A program made the position numbers and the translations under genes. This document shows, one piece after another, positions 7,938 through 17,669 of a stretch of DNA of 64,000 bases. A model generated the notes under the pieces. It had not been told where the DNA came from, ran no database searches, and worked only from the letters and a program-made list of their open reading frames with translations. The stretch is from a bacterium UBP2_UBA5202 (lineage in GTDB: Bacteria; Edwardsbacteria; AC1; EtOH8): contig DHVS01000029.1 in assembly GCA_002412795.1 (NCBI GenBank), forward strand, positions 195,282-259,281, given 5' to 3'. Every line of letters starts with the position of its first letter. Within the stretch, counting starts at the first letter, position 1.

Positions 7938-9745
7938 TGCATCACCGCCTTGGCCTGGTCCGGTTGCGGGAGCAGGCCCCTTATCTCCAGACATTTTCGC
8001 ATGATCTTTCCGGCTATGGGAGCGGCTACCTCCGAGCCGTGCCCGGCGTTCTCCACCAGCACCGCCACTGCTATGACCGGCTCATCCTGGGGGGCAAAGC
8101 CCACAAACCAGGAATGGTCGTTACCGTGGGGGGTCTGGGCGGTCCCGGTCTTGCCGCAGACCTTCACCCCGTATATCCTGGCGGCCCCCCCGGTGTGGCC
8201 GGGTTCGTTGACCGCCCCGTACAGGGCCTGTTTTATGACCGATATCGTACCGTCGGAAAGAGGCAGCCTTTTTTTGCTGATGACCTCTCCCATCAGCACT
8301 TTTCCCGCATGATCCTCGGCCCTTAAAAGCAGATGGGGCTGGCACCACACTCCCCCGTTGGCCAGGGCCGCATACAGGGATGCCATCTGCAGCGGGGTGG
8401 CCATCACCTCGCCCTGACCTATGGACATGTTGGCCGAATGCCCCGCCGTTTTGGCGTTCCTGCCCAGGCGTTTCTGGTAATAGAGATCGTCGGGGATCAG
8501 GCCGGAATTTTCCTGGGGCAGGTCTATCCCGGTTGCCTGATTAAGGCCCAGTTTTTCAGACCATTTGGCCATGCCGTTTATTTTAAGCAGCATTCCCAAT
8601 TGGTAGAAATATACGTTGCAGGAATTGACTATGGCGCCGCGCAGGTCCAGCGAACCGTGCCCCCCCTTTTTCCAGCATTTAAAGGACCGGTTGCCTATCA
8701 CCAGGCTGCCATGACAGGAAGTCTTCATTCTTTGCTCCGGAGTGATCAGCGATTCCTCCAGGGCCGCGGCGGCCGTGACCACCTTGAAGGTGGAGCCCGG
8801 CGGATAAGCACTGCGGATGGCCCGGTCCCACAAGGGGTAGCTGGAATCGTTGACCAGCCGGTTCCAGTCATCGGCCCGGATTCCGGCGGCAAAAAGGTTG
8901 GGGTCAAAGTTGGGGCGGCTGACCAGGGCCAGCACCCGGCCGGTCCGGGGTTCTATGGCCACCGCCGCTCCGATCATTTCCCCGGTAAAAAGGCTTTCCG
9001 CCAGGGACTGCAGCCGCCAATCGATGGTCAGGGATATGTTGCTGCCGGGGTCGGGCTCTATCCTTTGGGCTTCGGATACCGTTCCCAGATCACGGCCCCT
9101 GGCATCGACCTCGATGAAATCCCAGCCGTTGACGCCCTTCAGATAATTTTCGTATTTAAGCTCCAGTCCGCCCTTGCCGATGTAATCGCCGTAGTTGTAG
9201 CCCTGGTCCCTGTATTTGGCATACTCGGATTGTCCCAGTGACGAGGTGTATCCCACCAGATGGCTGGCCAGGGAGCCGTATTCAACCTTGCGCAGAGACT
9301 CCACCTCCAGCCGCAAAGCCGGCAGGTTCAGAATGTTCTCTTCGATCCGGGCCACCTGTTCCGGCGAAAGGTCCTTGACCAGCACCACCGGGTCCTTGGG
9401 AAATATGCGGCGCTGGGAGATCACCGAGCTTCTCAGCAGCAGGCTGTCCAGCCCCAGCAGGACGGCGGCCTTGCTGACCGAGGCCTGCCAGTCGTTAACG
9501 GTCACCAGCACTAGATCGAATCCGGGGCGGCTTTGGGCTATCAGCACCCCGTTGCAGTCAAAGACCAGACCCCGGGGCGCCGGGATCATCAGCCTCCGCA
9601 GCCGGTTCTGCTGGGAAAGCCTGGCGTAATGACCATGCTTGACCACCTGCAGATATCCGGACCTGAACAGCAGGACGGAAAAACCCAGGACCAACAATGC
9701 CAGAATGGAAAGTACCCTTTCCCTGCTTCCCAGTTCATTAGCCAA
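7934..9745 (-). CDS. mrdA: Penicillin-binding protein 2 (elongasome transpeptidase)
   Basis: 603 aa. N-terminal TM, STFK active-site motif (PPGSTFKVVTAAAALE), SCN motif (IVNSCNVYF), KTGTA motif. Located between mreD and rodA. Confidence 0.92.
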   Translation of the reverse strand: MANELGSRERVLSILALLVLGFSVLLFRSGYLQVVKHGHYARLSQQNRLRRLMIPAPRGLVFDCNGVLIAQSRPGFDLVLVTVNDWQASVSKAAVLLGLDSLLLRSSVISQRRIFPKDPVVLVKDLSPEQVARIEENILNLPALRLEVESLRKVEYGSLASHLVGYTSSLGQSEYAKYRDQGYNYGDYIGKGGLELKYENYLKGVNGWDFIEVDARGRDLGTVSEAQRIEPDPGSNISLTIDWRLQSLAESLFTGEMIGAAVAIEPRTGRVLALVSRPNFDPNLFAAGIRADDWNRLVNDSSYPLWDRAIRSAYPPGSTFKVVTAAAALEESLITPEQRMKTSCHGSLVIGNRSFKCWKKGGHGSLDLRGAIVNSCNVYFYQLGMLLKINGMAKWSEKLGLNQATGIDLPQENSGLIPDDLYYQKRLGRNAKTAGHSANMSIGQGEVMATPLQMASLYAALANGGVWCQPHLLLRAEDHAGKVLMGEVISKKRLPLSDGTISVIKQALYGAVNEPGHTGGAARIYGVKVCGKTGTAQTPHGNDHSWFVGFAPQDEPVIAVAVLVENAGHGSEVAAPIAGKIMRKCLEIRGLLPQPDQAKAVMQ

Positions 9746-9767
9746 GAATTCATCTCCAGTCTAAAGG

Positions 9768-10268
9768 TTAGGTCAGGCTCAATTTTGTTTTCCCGGGCCG
9801 GGACAAGAAATGCTTCATCTGCGGCATCAATAGAGCACCCAGCAGGACCGTGAACAGCGCGCTGCCCAGGCCGAAACGAAGTAAAACCGAAAAATATCCG
9901 CCCGGCCCCCCTCCGCCCCGGCCCCAATACTCGAAAAGCTGGCGCACCAGAGACAGCAGGCCGACTGTCAACAGCTGGCTGGAAAGCTGGTCCTTGTATA
10001 TCCTTTCCCGCAACGATCCGGCCCAGTATCCCGAGACCGCGCCGCTGAGGGTGAACAGGCCCATGGTGGACGGGTGATAGCAGTCGGCCATAAAGCCGGC
10101 CATTACCCCGGTCAATATCCCCGGACCGGTGCCCAGGGTCAGGGCCGTCAGACCGATGATCATGGCCATGAAATCCGGCAGCAAACCCCAGACCGACAGC
10201 AGTCCGGAAAGCGAGGACTGTACGAACACCGCCAGCCAGGCCAGTAAAAATAGTTTTAAATATCTCAT
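9768..10268 (-). CDS. mreD: Rod shape-determining protein MreD
   Basis: 166 aa, about 5 TM segments. Start overlaps the mreC stop (10265-10268). Canonical mreBCD position. Confidence 0.75.
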   Translation of the reverse strand: MRYLKLFLLAWLAVFVQSSLSGLLSVWGLLPDFMAMIIGLTALTLGTGPGILTGVMAGFMADCYHPSTMGLFTLSGAVSGYWAGSLRERIYKDQLSSQLLTVGLLSLVRQLFEYWGRGGGGPGGYFSVLLRFGLGSALFTVLLGALLMPQMKHFLSRPGKTKLSLT

Positions 10269-11218
10269 TGCGGCGATTTCTCCAGCTGCAGCGGAGTGGT
10301 GTCGGGAAGTTCTATCCTGAACTCCGGAGCCCGGATGATTACCTGAGGCTGGTATGATCTTTTTCGCTTAGCTGCCCTGACAGCCGAAGTATCCGGAACT
10401 GGTACCGGAGTCAGCAGAGGCAAAGCAGGATCCTGCCCGCCCCTGATCACCAGCACCTGGTTGATGCGGTTAAGGTCCAGAGCTGGCCGGACCTCCACGT
10501 CCAGCACCAATTTTCTCTTGTCCATCCCCACCTTCTCCACCACTCCCAGCATCAGCCCGTAGGGGAACACCCCTCCGTAGCCGGAGGAGACCAGGGTGTC
10601 GCCCGGAGCCACATCGGCCCTCAGGGGAACCCGGTCGAACAGGCAGGACATTCCGGCCGTGGTCCTGAATATCCCCAGCACCCGGCTGCGCAGATCGATG
10701 GCGCTGACTCGGGAATCCGGACTGAATACGGTCTGAACCGTCGACTGTTTTTTATCCGCGCTTGTGATCAGCCCCACCAGGCCCAGGGTGGAGAGCACCA
10801 CCAGGCCGGGCTCAAGGCTGTCTCCGGCGCCCTTGTCTATCAGCAGGTCAGGGCTGAGCAGCACCGGCTCCCGTCCCGCTATTTGGGCGGTTACCAGATT
10901 CCAGGACGAAAGTTTTTTAAGTTCCAAAGCCTGGCGCAGTCCGGCATTCTGGCGGGCCGCCTCCAGCAGGCCGGCATGCTCCAAATTGAGTTTGGCCAAT
11001 TGGTCTTTAAGAACGGCATTCTCTTTCCAACTGGCCATCAGGGAGCGGGCCCGGGACAGCGGCCATTCCAGGGGGGCAAAGATGGTTCCCACCACCTTCT
11101 GTCCCAGCCACAGCTTGGCGCCCTGGGGCAGGATCATCAGGGTGGCTGACAGAATGACTGCTGCCCCCAGCGAGGCCCAGTCGGTCTTTTTAAGAAATCT
11201 GAAGTTTAACAGCCGCAT
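10265..11218 (-). CDS. mreC: Rod shape-determining protein MreC
   Basis: 317 aa. N-terminal TM, coiled-coil (LKDQLAKLNLEHAGLLEAARQNAGLRQALELK), beta-barrel region with GDTLVSSGYGGVFPYGLMLGVV motif. Confidence 0.88.
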   Translation of the reverse strand: MRLLNFRFLKKTDWASLGAAVILSATLMILPQGAKLWLGQKVVGTIFAPLEWPLSRARSLMASWKENAVLKDQLAKLNLEHAGLLEAARQNAGLRQALELKKLSSWNLVTAQIAGREPVLLSPDLLIDKGAGDSLEPGLVVLSTLGLVGLITSADKKQSTVQTVFSPDSRVSAIDLRSRVLGIFRTTAGMSCLFDRVPLRADVAPGDTLVSSGYGGVFPYGLMLGVVEKVGMDKRKLVLDVEVRPALDLNRINQVLVIRGGQDPALPLLTPVPVPDTSAVRAAKRKRSYQPQVIIRAPEFRIELPDTTPLQLEKSPQ

Positions 11219-11366
11219 CTAAGTTCTGTAGTTTCATTATTACCGGGGTCAGAATGTCAATACCATTTTTATCAGGAATCCATGAACCCATGAATGTTCA
11301 ACATTGGGACCCTGATGGTTTCCTGTATTCCTGGTTTCCTTATATGATAATCGAATCACTTGATTG

Positions 11367-12431
11367 TTATTCCTTGCGGCTCTGCATCAGCACCTTTTCG
11401 TAATCGGACGGAGACTCCAGCACCTTGCCGGCCCCCATTACTATGCATTGCTGGGTTTCCAGCGCCAGTTTGATAGGCAGGTTGGTCTCCTCCCGCAGCA
11501 GGGCATCCAGGCCCTTAAGCAGTGAACCTCCACCGGTCATGGTAATCCCGGCGTCCACGATGTCGGCGGCCAGTTCCGGCGGGGTCTGCTCCAGCGCTTT
11601 CTTGACCGCCAGCACGATCTGGGACACCGGCTCGCGCAAGGCCTCGCGGATCTCCTCGCTTTTGATCTTGATGGCCCGGGGGATGCCCTGCACCACGTCC
11701 CGGCCCTTGACCTCCATCTCCTTGCTTTCCTCCACCGGAAAGGCCGAACCGATCCTGATCTTGATCTCCTCGGCAGTCTGTTCCCCGATCAGAAGGTTGT
11801 GGGTCTTGCGCAGGTATTCCAGGATGGCTTCGTCCATCTCGTCGCCGGCTATCCGGATGGATGTGTTGCGGACGATGCCGGACAGGGCGATCACCGCGAT
11901 CTCGGTGGTGCCGCCGCCGATGTCTATCACCATGCTGCCCATGGCCGAATCCACCGGCAGGCCCACCCCGATGGCGGCGGCAATGGGCTCGGCGATCAAA
12001 AAGACCTCGCGGGCCCCGGCGTGCTCGGCCGAGTCGCGCACCGCGCGCTTCTCCACTTCGGTGATCCCCGAGGGAACGCAGATGATGACCCGGGGCCGGA
12101 TCAGGGTCCGGCGCTTCTGGGCCATCTTGAAGAAGGCCCTGATCATCTCCTCGCAGATCTCAAAGTCGGCGATCACTCCGTCCTTCATGGGCCGGATGGC
12201 CCGGATCTCGTCGGGGGTGCGGCCCAGCATCTTCTTGGCCTCGTTGCCCACCGCGATCGGCATCCCGGTCTTCTTTTCGATGGCCACCACCGAGGGCTGG
12301 TTCAGGACGATCCCCTTGCCGGCCACGTAGACCAGGGTGCTGGCGGTTCCCAGATCCATCGCCATGTCGTGGGAGATCACGGATCCGAAGATGTCCCTTA
12401 AAATGTCCCTGAGGTCAGGCAGCTTTATCAT
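11367..12431 (-). CDS. mreB: Actin-like rod shape-determining protein MreB
   Basis: DLGTASTLVYV phosphate-1, IDIGGGTTEIAVI phosphate-2, TGGGSLLKGLD adenosine motif. ATG at 12431 is preceded by GGAGGAATAA. The ORF-track start 12503 is an upstream extension. Confidence 0.96.
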   Translation of the reverse strand: MIKLPDLRDILRDIFGSVISHDMAMDLGTASTLVYVAGKGIVLNQPSVVAIEKKTGMPIAVGNEAKKMLGRTPDEIRAIRPMKDGVIADFEICEEMIRAFFKMAQKRRTLIRPRVIICVPSGITEVEKRAVRDSAEHAGAREVFLIAEPIAAAIGVGLPVDSAMGSMVIDIGGGTTEIAVIALSGIVRNTSIRIAGDEMDEAILEYLRKTHNLLIGEQTAEEIKIRIGSAFPVEESKEMEVKGRDVVQGIPRAIKIKSEEIREALREPVSQIVLAVKKALEQTPPELAADIVDAGITMTGGGSLLKGLDALLREETNLPIKLALETQQCIVMGAGKVLESPSDYEKVLMQSRKE

Positions 12432-12586
12432 TATTCCTCCAATTGGATGGTATGTTCGAAGTATTAAAGTATTAACGCAGGACGAGTAGTAACGATCGGG
12501 CACGATTGGTATGCGATTGTTCGACCAATTTATGTATATTGTATCACCATTGAATTGCCCATTGCATCCTCAGCGAAGCGCATTAG

Positions 12587-13423
12587 TCAGCTCCCGGTGC
12601 TCTCATAGGCCTTGACCCCCTGTTTCCAGGTAAACATCCCCAGCCCGAAGAACAACAGGCCGATGGCCGGGGTCAGCCAGGCGTACAGCACATACTTGGA
12701 CGGCCTGAGCACCTGAACCGCCGGATAAAAGGCGGTGAAAGCGTAGGGAATGATCCAGCTTAGGATGAATTTCAGCTTGGGACCGTAGATGGTTACGGGA
12801 TAGCCGGAAAAATTCTGCATCAGGTGGAGCACCGAGACCAGGCTGCCCCGGTCGTTGAACCAGAAGGTGGCGCTGACCGCGGCGGTAAAGACGCCCAGGT
12901 ATATCAGGCAGGCCGACAGGGCCATTCCCAGGATCATTAGGTGCTGGGACGGTGAAAGGCTGATCTTCAGATGATGCAGGGAATACAGCATGATCACCAG
13001 GCCCACCAGAATGTTGGATATCTCCTCAAAGTGTATCCGCTCGATTATCACCTGAAAGAAGCTGTCCAAAGGCCGCAGCAGCACCCGGTCGAACCAGCCC
13101 TCCACGATGTAGCGCTCGCTCACTTCGAACAGGTTGGAGAAGAACAAAAAGAACAGGCCCAGGGTCAGCTGGGAAAAACCGTAGATGTAGAATATCTCGT
13201 AACGGTACCAGCCCTTAACGTGGGGAACCCGGCCGAACAGGGCGGCCACGAACAGCACCCCGATCATCTGGGTCATGAAATTGGCTATGAACCCCGCCCA
13301 GAAATCCTCCCGGTATGCCAGCCGGGACTTGAGCGAGTTGGAAACGTTGGCCCAGGCCAGGTTTATGTAAAAAAGGGTTCGGCGCATATATAACGAGGAT
13401 ATAATGTGCTGGTATGAACTCAT
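12587..13423 (-). CDS. ABC-2 family transporter permease (DUF990-like)
   Basis: 278 aa, about 6 TM. Third gene of the ATPase + two-permease operon. Confidence 0.7.
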   Translation of the reverse strand: MSSYQHIISSLYMRRTLFYINLAWANVSNSLKSRLAYREDFWAGFIANFMTQMIGVLFVAALFGRVPHVKGWYRYEIFYIYGFSQLTLGLFFLFFSNLFEVSERYIVEGWFDRVLLRPLDSFFQVIIERIHFEEISNILVGLVIMLYSLHHLKISLSPSQHLMILGMALSACLIYLGVFTAAVSATFWFNDRGSLVSVLHLMQNFSGYPVTIYGPKLKFILSWIIPYAFTAFYPAVQVLRPSKYVLYAWLTPAIGLLFFGLGMFTWKQGVKAYESTGS

Positions 13424-13431
13424 CCCTTGCT

Positions 13432-13469
13432 CCCTTCTCTTTTAAAGAGAAGGGCCGGGGTTGAGTTGG
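13432..13469. repeat. Half copy of the CCCTTCTCTT hairpin / GGGGTTGAGTT element
   Basis: CCCTTCTCTTT-T-AAAGAGAAGGG followed by CCGGGGTTGAGTTGG. Inverse orientation of the element at 22767-22850. Confidence 0.6.
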
Positions 13470-13481
13470 AATGTTTTCAGT

Positions 13482-14285
13482 TCACCCCCCCTGTATCTCC
13501 AGCCTCCTGATCCCATAGTGCCACAGTAACTGCCCGGCGGCGTAGATGATGATGATCCACATAATCTGCAGCAGCACCCCCTGGTGGACCCGGGACAGCG
13601 GCTCCATGCCCAGATAGATCCGGAGCGGCGCGTAGGCGATGTACTTGAAGGGCAGCCAGAACAGGGCGTCCTGGACCCAGCCCGGAAAAAAGGTGATGGG
13701 GATCATCACCCCGGAAAAGACCTCCACCAGCAGCTGCTTGAAGCGGAACACCCCCTCGTTGTTGCGGGTGAAGAAGGCCACCAGCCCGGTCAGATAGCTG
13801 ATCCCGGCGTGGAGGAAGAAACTCAGGATGACGCTGATGGGGAACAGGTAAGGCCCCAGTTTGCCCGAGGGCAGTTGGATCGGGAACAGGAACGAGGCCA
13901 CCACGATGATGGGCAGGGTCATGAAGACGAACATGAAGACGGCCCGGCCGAAGGATCGGAAATAGTGGTAGAGCTGGAAATTGGTGGGTTTCAGCAGATC
14001 CATCACTATCGAGCCGTCCTTGACCGCGTCCCCGATCATCCGGTCTATCCGGTTGGCGAAGAAGGTCCGGGCCGACCAGCCTATCACCACGTAGGTCATC
14101 ATCTGTTCCATGGTGAACCCGGCTATCACCTGCCGGCCGGAATAGACCGCCTTCCACAAAAAATAGTTCAGGGCGATGATCAGCAGATAGGAGACGAAGC
14201 TGGCCAACACCTGAAAGCGGTAGGCCAGGTAGGTGATGTAGCCCAGCCGCATGAACTGCCAGTATTTGGCGAACCGCTTGGTCAT
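13482..14285 (-). CDS. ABC-2 family transporter permease (DUF990-like)
   Basis: 267 aa, about 6 TM. Start overlaps the ATPase stop (14282-14285). Confidence 0.7.
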   Translation of the reverse strand: MTKRFAKYWQFMRLGYITYLAYRFQVLASFVSYLLIIALNYFLWKAVYSGRQVIAGFTMEQMMTYVVIGWSARTFFANRIDRMIGDAVKDGSIVMDLLKPTNFQLYHYFRSFGRAVFMFVFMTLPIIVVASFLFPIQLPSGKLGPYLFPISVILSFFLHAGISYLTGLVAFFTRNNEGVFRFKQLLVEVFSGVMIPITFFPGWVQDALFWLPFKYIAYAPLRIYLGMEPLSRVHQGVLLQIMWIIIIYAAGQLLWHYGIRRLEIQGG

Positions 14286-15286
14286 TGGACCTTTCGGGCC
14301 TGGTAGACCCGGCGCACGATCTCCTCGATCGGCGGCTCCTCCAGCCCGATGTCCCGGACGTCCAGGCTGGACAGCAGCAGGTGCATCAGCTGGGCGGCGT
14401 TGACCTGATTGCGGTTGAAGCTGATCTCCCAGTGGTAGGGGTCGGTGGATTGCATGTCCAGCGGATAGTCCTTTAACAAATCTGCCAGCCCCGAGAGTTT
14501 TACCGGGAAGATGGTCTCCAGCAGCAGCCTCCGGCTGGCGTCCACCCCGTCCTTGAGGGCCTTCAGCTCCCCGTCATAGATGATCTTTCCGGCGTCTATC
14601 ATCAGCACCCGGCTGCACAGCTCCTCGATGTCGGACAGGTCGTGGGTGGTCAGGATGACGGTGGTGCCGTATTCCTGGTTGATCTCCCTGATGAACTCCC
14701 GGATGTTGGCCTTGACCGCCACATCCAGCCCGATGGTGGGCTCGTCCAAAAAGACTATCTTGGGATTATGCAGCAGCGAGGCCGCCAGGTCACAGCGCAT
14801 CCGCTGGCCCAGGGAGAGCTTGCGCACCGGGACCTCCAGCAGCTCCTTTAGTCCCAGCACCTGGTCAAATTTCTCCAAACGGGCCTGGTAATCGGACATT
14901 GGGATCTCATATATCTTCTGCAGCAGGTTGAACGACTCCATCACCGCGATGTCCCACCACAGCTGGGTGCGCTGGCCGAAGACCACCCCGATCTGCTTGA
15001 CATGCTGGTAGCGCTGCTTGTAGGGTATCAGCCCCTGGACCCGCACCTGTCCCGAGGTGGGCACCAGGATCCCGGTCAGGACCTTGATGGTGGTGGATTT
15101 TCCCGCGCCGTTGGGACCGATGTAGCCCACTATCTCGCCGGAGTCAATGGAAAAGTTGACCTGGTTCACGGCGTGAACGGTCTCGTATTTCCGGGCCCAA
15201 AGATCCTTGAAAGCCCCGCCCAGTCCGGGCCTCCGGCGGTAGCGTTTGAAATCCTTGACCAGGTTATTTACTTCGATGATAGGCAT
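14282..15286 (-). CDS. ABC transporter ATP-binding protein
   Basis: Walker A GPNGAGKSTT, signature LSLGQRMR, Walker B VFLDEPTIGLD, H-loop TTHD, about 100-aa C-terminal extension. Confidence 0.92.
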   Translation of the reverse strand: MPIIEVNNLVKDFKRYRRRPGLGGAFKDLWARKYETVHAVNQVNFSIDSGEIVGYIGPNGAGKSTTIKVLTGILVPTSGQVRVQGLIPYKQRYQHVKQIGVVFGQRTQLWWDIAVMESFNLLQKIYEIPMSDYQARLEKFDQVLGLKELLEVPVRKLSLGQRMRCDLAASLLHNPKIVFLDEPTIGLDVAVKANIREFIREINQEYGTTVILTTHDLSDIEELCSRVLMIDAGKIIYDGELKALKDGVDASRRLLLETIFPVKLSGLADLLKDYPLDMQSTDPYHWEISFNRNQVNAAQLMHLLLSSLDVRDIGLEEPPIEEIVRRVYQARKVQ

Positions 15287-15529
15287 CTATAAACTATAAA
15301 TCCTAATTACAAAATACTAAATACTAATCAATTTCTAACTATCAAAACACCAAAAGCACTAAATAGTTTGATGAGTTAGGATTTATGCATTTGAGATTGT
15401 TTAGATCTTAGGAATTAGTGCTTAGAATTTGTTAAATTTATGGCATTTTATTAAGTCTTGTATTCTATCACAAGTCATAAATAGTGTCAATGCAATAAAT
15501 TAAGATGATAAACAAATTATTAAAAAATA

Positions 15530-15556
15530 AAGAACGAAGCCCAAACTTCGTTCTTT
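15530..15556 (-). terminator. Intrinsic terminator after the methyltransferase gene
   Basis: On the minus strand AAGAACGAAG-TTTGGG-CTTCGTTCTT followed by TATTTTTT, about 30 nt past the stop at 15589. Confidence 0.6.
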
Positions 15557-15588
15557 TAAGTGTACGAATTATGAGATTTCACCTGATT

Positions 15589-16407
15589 TTACTGTTTTAA
15601 CCCCCAAACTATCATCCGGGGCAGGGCTTTGGGCGGGATCTTGGCAAAATCCTCCAAAACAGAATCTATCAGCTTCCCCGCCTCCGGCCCCCAACGCTTG
15701 ACATAGGCGGGCCGCCGCTCTTTCAGCGTTTTGGACATTATACCGGCATATCCGGGTGTATCGGGAACATCCAGACCGGATGACCTGATGTCCTTTAAAC
15801 CCAGTTTTCCTAGAAGCGCAATGTAATGCTCCAGCAGATGCAGGCCCCAGCAGACCTTGCCTTCGATAGCCGCCAGTTGGACGTTCATCCGCTCCATCCG
15901 GCCTTCGGCCGACTGGGTTTCAACGTCAGCAAATCCGTCCTTGATCTTGTCGTAAACCACGAACACCCCGCCCGGGGCCAGCACCCGGATGCAGTCGGCC
16001 AGGGCCTTGGCCACGTCGCCGTCGGCGCTGACGAAGTCGTGCAAGGCCATCCGGGAGATCACCAGCCCGGCCGAGCCGTCCGGCAGGGGCAGGCTGGTGG
16101 AATCGGACTGCAGCACTTCCAGCCGAAGGTCCTTGAACCGTTCTTTCAGCCTGGCCGCCGTGGTATCCAGCCGCTCTACCGCGTAAAGCTTCCCTGTGAT
16201 CTTGATGTATTTCTGCAGCAGTTCTTCGGTGAAATCGCCCATTCCCGCACCCAGCTCCACCGCCGGCAGGACGAGCCAATCGAACAACGGCTTGAGCGCC
16301 TTCTGTTCTTCGATTTCCAGGGCTTCCTCCTTTAGAAAGTACTGCCGGGATTCTTCTTCGGAGATCTCAGCCTCCTTGGCGAATTCCAGTATTTCTTTTT
16401 GATTCAT
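15589..16407 (-). CDS. Class I SAM-dependent methyltransferase
   Basis: 272 aa. Motif I VELGAGMGDF, post-I acidic residue, LAPGGVFVVYD motif. Confidence 0.75.
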   Translation of the reverse strand: MNQKEILEFAKEAEISEEESRQYFLKEEALEIEEQKALKPLFDWLVLPAVELGAGMGDFTEELLQKYIKITGKLYAVERLDTTAARLKERFKDLRLEVLQSDSTSLPLPDGSAGLVISRMALHDFVSADGDVAKALADCIRVLAPGGVFVVYDKIKDGFADVETQSAEGRMERMNVQLAAIEGKVCWGLHLLEHYIALLGKLGLKDIRSSGLDVPDTPGYAGIMSKTLKERRPAYVKRWGPEAGKLIDSVLEDFAKIPPKALPRMIVWGLKQ

Positions 16408-16458
16408 AAATCTTTCGACATAAGTTGAATGATTGCTTTTCTCAAGTTATTGGCTGCC

Positions 16459-16541
16459 GGACCTAACCCCTGCCCCTTCCCCACAAGGGAAGGGATAATG
16501 GTCTCCCCCTCCTTACGGGAGGGGGTCAGGGGGGCGGTCGG
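16459..16541 (+). repeat. Double-hairpin intergenic element ending in GGGGGCGGTCG (copy 1 of 3)
   Basis: GGACCTAACCCCTGCCCCTTCCCC-ACAA-GGGAAGGG...CTCCCCCTCC-TTAC-GGGAGGGGG-TCAGGGGGGCGGTCGG. Aligns over about 83 nt with 22619-22700 and 25867-25950, same orientation. Supplies the stop and last codons of the GNAT gene. Confidence 0.8.
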
Positions 16542-17323
16542 TTTCCCCTTTCCTTAGCCATGAATTCGTTGTATTCTGTGGTTATTTCAAAACCCAGTTT
16601 TTGGTAGAATCTGATGGCATCCGCGTTGTCAGTCTTTACATTGAGCCCGATGATTTCCACAGTCTTCAGCAGTTTCAGGCACAAGGCCGCCGTGACAATG
16701 GTTCCCAGTCCCTGGCCGCGGAACTCAGGCAAAGTGGCGATATTCCCCAATGCCGCCACTTTGTATCTTGGAGAATAGACATGGATCCCGGCGATGCTGG
16801 CCAGTTGTCCTTTGTGCCTGATCCCAAAATACTGCCCGGTCTCCAGCATCCGGACGTCGAACCAGTTGCCGGAATAGGCGGAAGCGTAGAATTCCAGTAT
16901 CTCCTCTTTGTCCCTGGCGTCAAGTTGAACGGCGTTGGAAACATCAACAGCGTCAAGCATGCTTTTATCGGTCAGGGTCATTTTATGGTGGGTGCCGTGC
17001 GGTTCCAGCGCAAATCTTTCTTCCAGCGGTTTTTCGCAGCCACTGGTCAGATGGCAGTAGAACCTTTTTGGCAGTTTATCCTTAAGCTCATTAAGCAGCT
17101 CCGGCATTGAAACAGAACCGGCGTCTTCCAAAGCCAGCAGTACCGGGAGTTCTGTGCCTTGGTACAAAAGCGCCAGGGCACTGATCATTCCCTTCTCTTC
17201 CAAGGCGTACCAGGCGGTATAGGGAAAAAAGAACTCGTCCAGATCGCCCAATTCGTAAAGGTGGAGAGCAGAGTTCCTGCGAAAGAAAGATTCTATTCTG
17301 TTTATATCGGTTAAAATATTCAT
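16526..17323 (-). CDS. GNAT family N-acetyltransferase
   Basis: 265 aa. C-terminal acetyl-CoA binding motif PEFRGQGLGTIVTAAL and ...AIRFYQKLGF. Confidence 0.72.
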   Translation of the reverse strand: MNILTDINRIESFFRRNSALHLYELGDLDEFFFPYTAWYALEEKGMISALALLYQGTELPVLLALEDAGSVSMPELLNELKDKLPKRFYCHLTSGCEKPLEERFALEPHGTHHKMTLTDKSMLDAVDVSNAVQLDARDKEEILEFYASAYSGNWFDVRMLETGQYFGIRHKGQLASIAGIHVYSPRYKVAALGNIATLPEFRGQGLGTIVTAALCLKLLKTVEIIGLNVKTDNADAIRFYQKLGFEITTEYNEFMAKERGNRPPP

Positions 17324-17395
17324 TGACGCTGAAGATCGATTTTACTCCCATTCATAAGCATTTTAAAATAAATTAAGCCAAGAGTCAAACAAAAA

Positions 17396-17420
17396 AGCGG
17401 CCTGCTTTTCGCAGGCCGCT
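17396..17420 (-). terminator. Intrinsic terminator after the DUF1858 gene
   Basis: AGCGGCCTGC-GAAAA-GCAGGCCGCT followed by TTTTTTG on the minus strand, 16 nt past the stop. Confidence 0.7.
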
Positions 17421-17435
17421 TCTCTAAGTGCTGGA

Positions 17436-17657
17436 TCACTTTTTCTCCACCGGTTCGGTCTCTTTAAGACAAGCGTTCAGCTCGACCACTAATTTTTCGG
17501 CGTCCAATCCGTGGGTGATAGCCCCCTGCTCCACCGTTTCCCGGTAGGCCACGCTGCAGCCCACGCAGAAAAGGCCATGGGAATAAAATACCTTGATGGT
17601 CTTGGGGTGCTGGTTGACCACCTCCATGATGGTCATTTCCTTGGTGATCTGGTCCAT
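17436..17657 (-). CDS. DUF1858 (hybrid-cluster-protein-associated redox disulfide) domain protein
   Basis: 73 aa. MTIMEVVNQHPKTIKVFYSHGLFCVGCSVAYRETVEQGAITHGLD matches the DUF1858 pattern with a CxxC pair. Confidence 0.8.
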   Translation of the reverse strand: MDQITKEMTIMEVVNQHPKTIKVFYSHGLFCVGCSVAYRETVEQGAITHGLDAEKLVVELNACLKETEPVEKK

Positions 17658-17669
17658 AAAGCAGTCAGT

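Noticed and set aside
7938-7994. N-terminal extensions offered by the ORF track for rodA (7994), mreB (12503), speE (22596), the BNR protein (43622), TetR (57443), the HNH-like ORF (46361) and the 85-aa paralog (45826)
   Set aside because: Internal starts are better supported by SD sequences, start/stop overlaps, signal peptides, or family-typical N-termini. The extensions overlap upstream genes or repeats.
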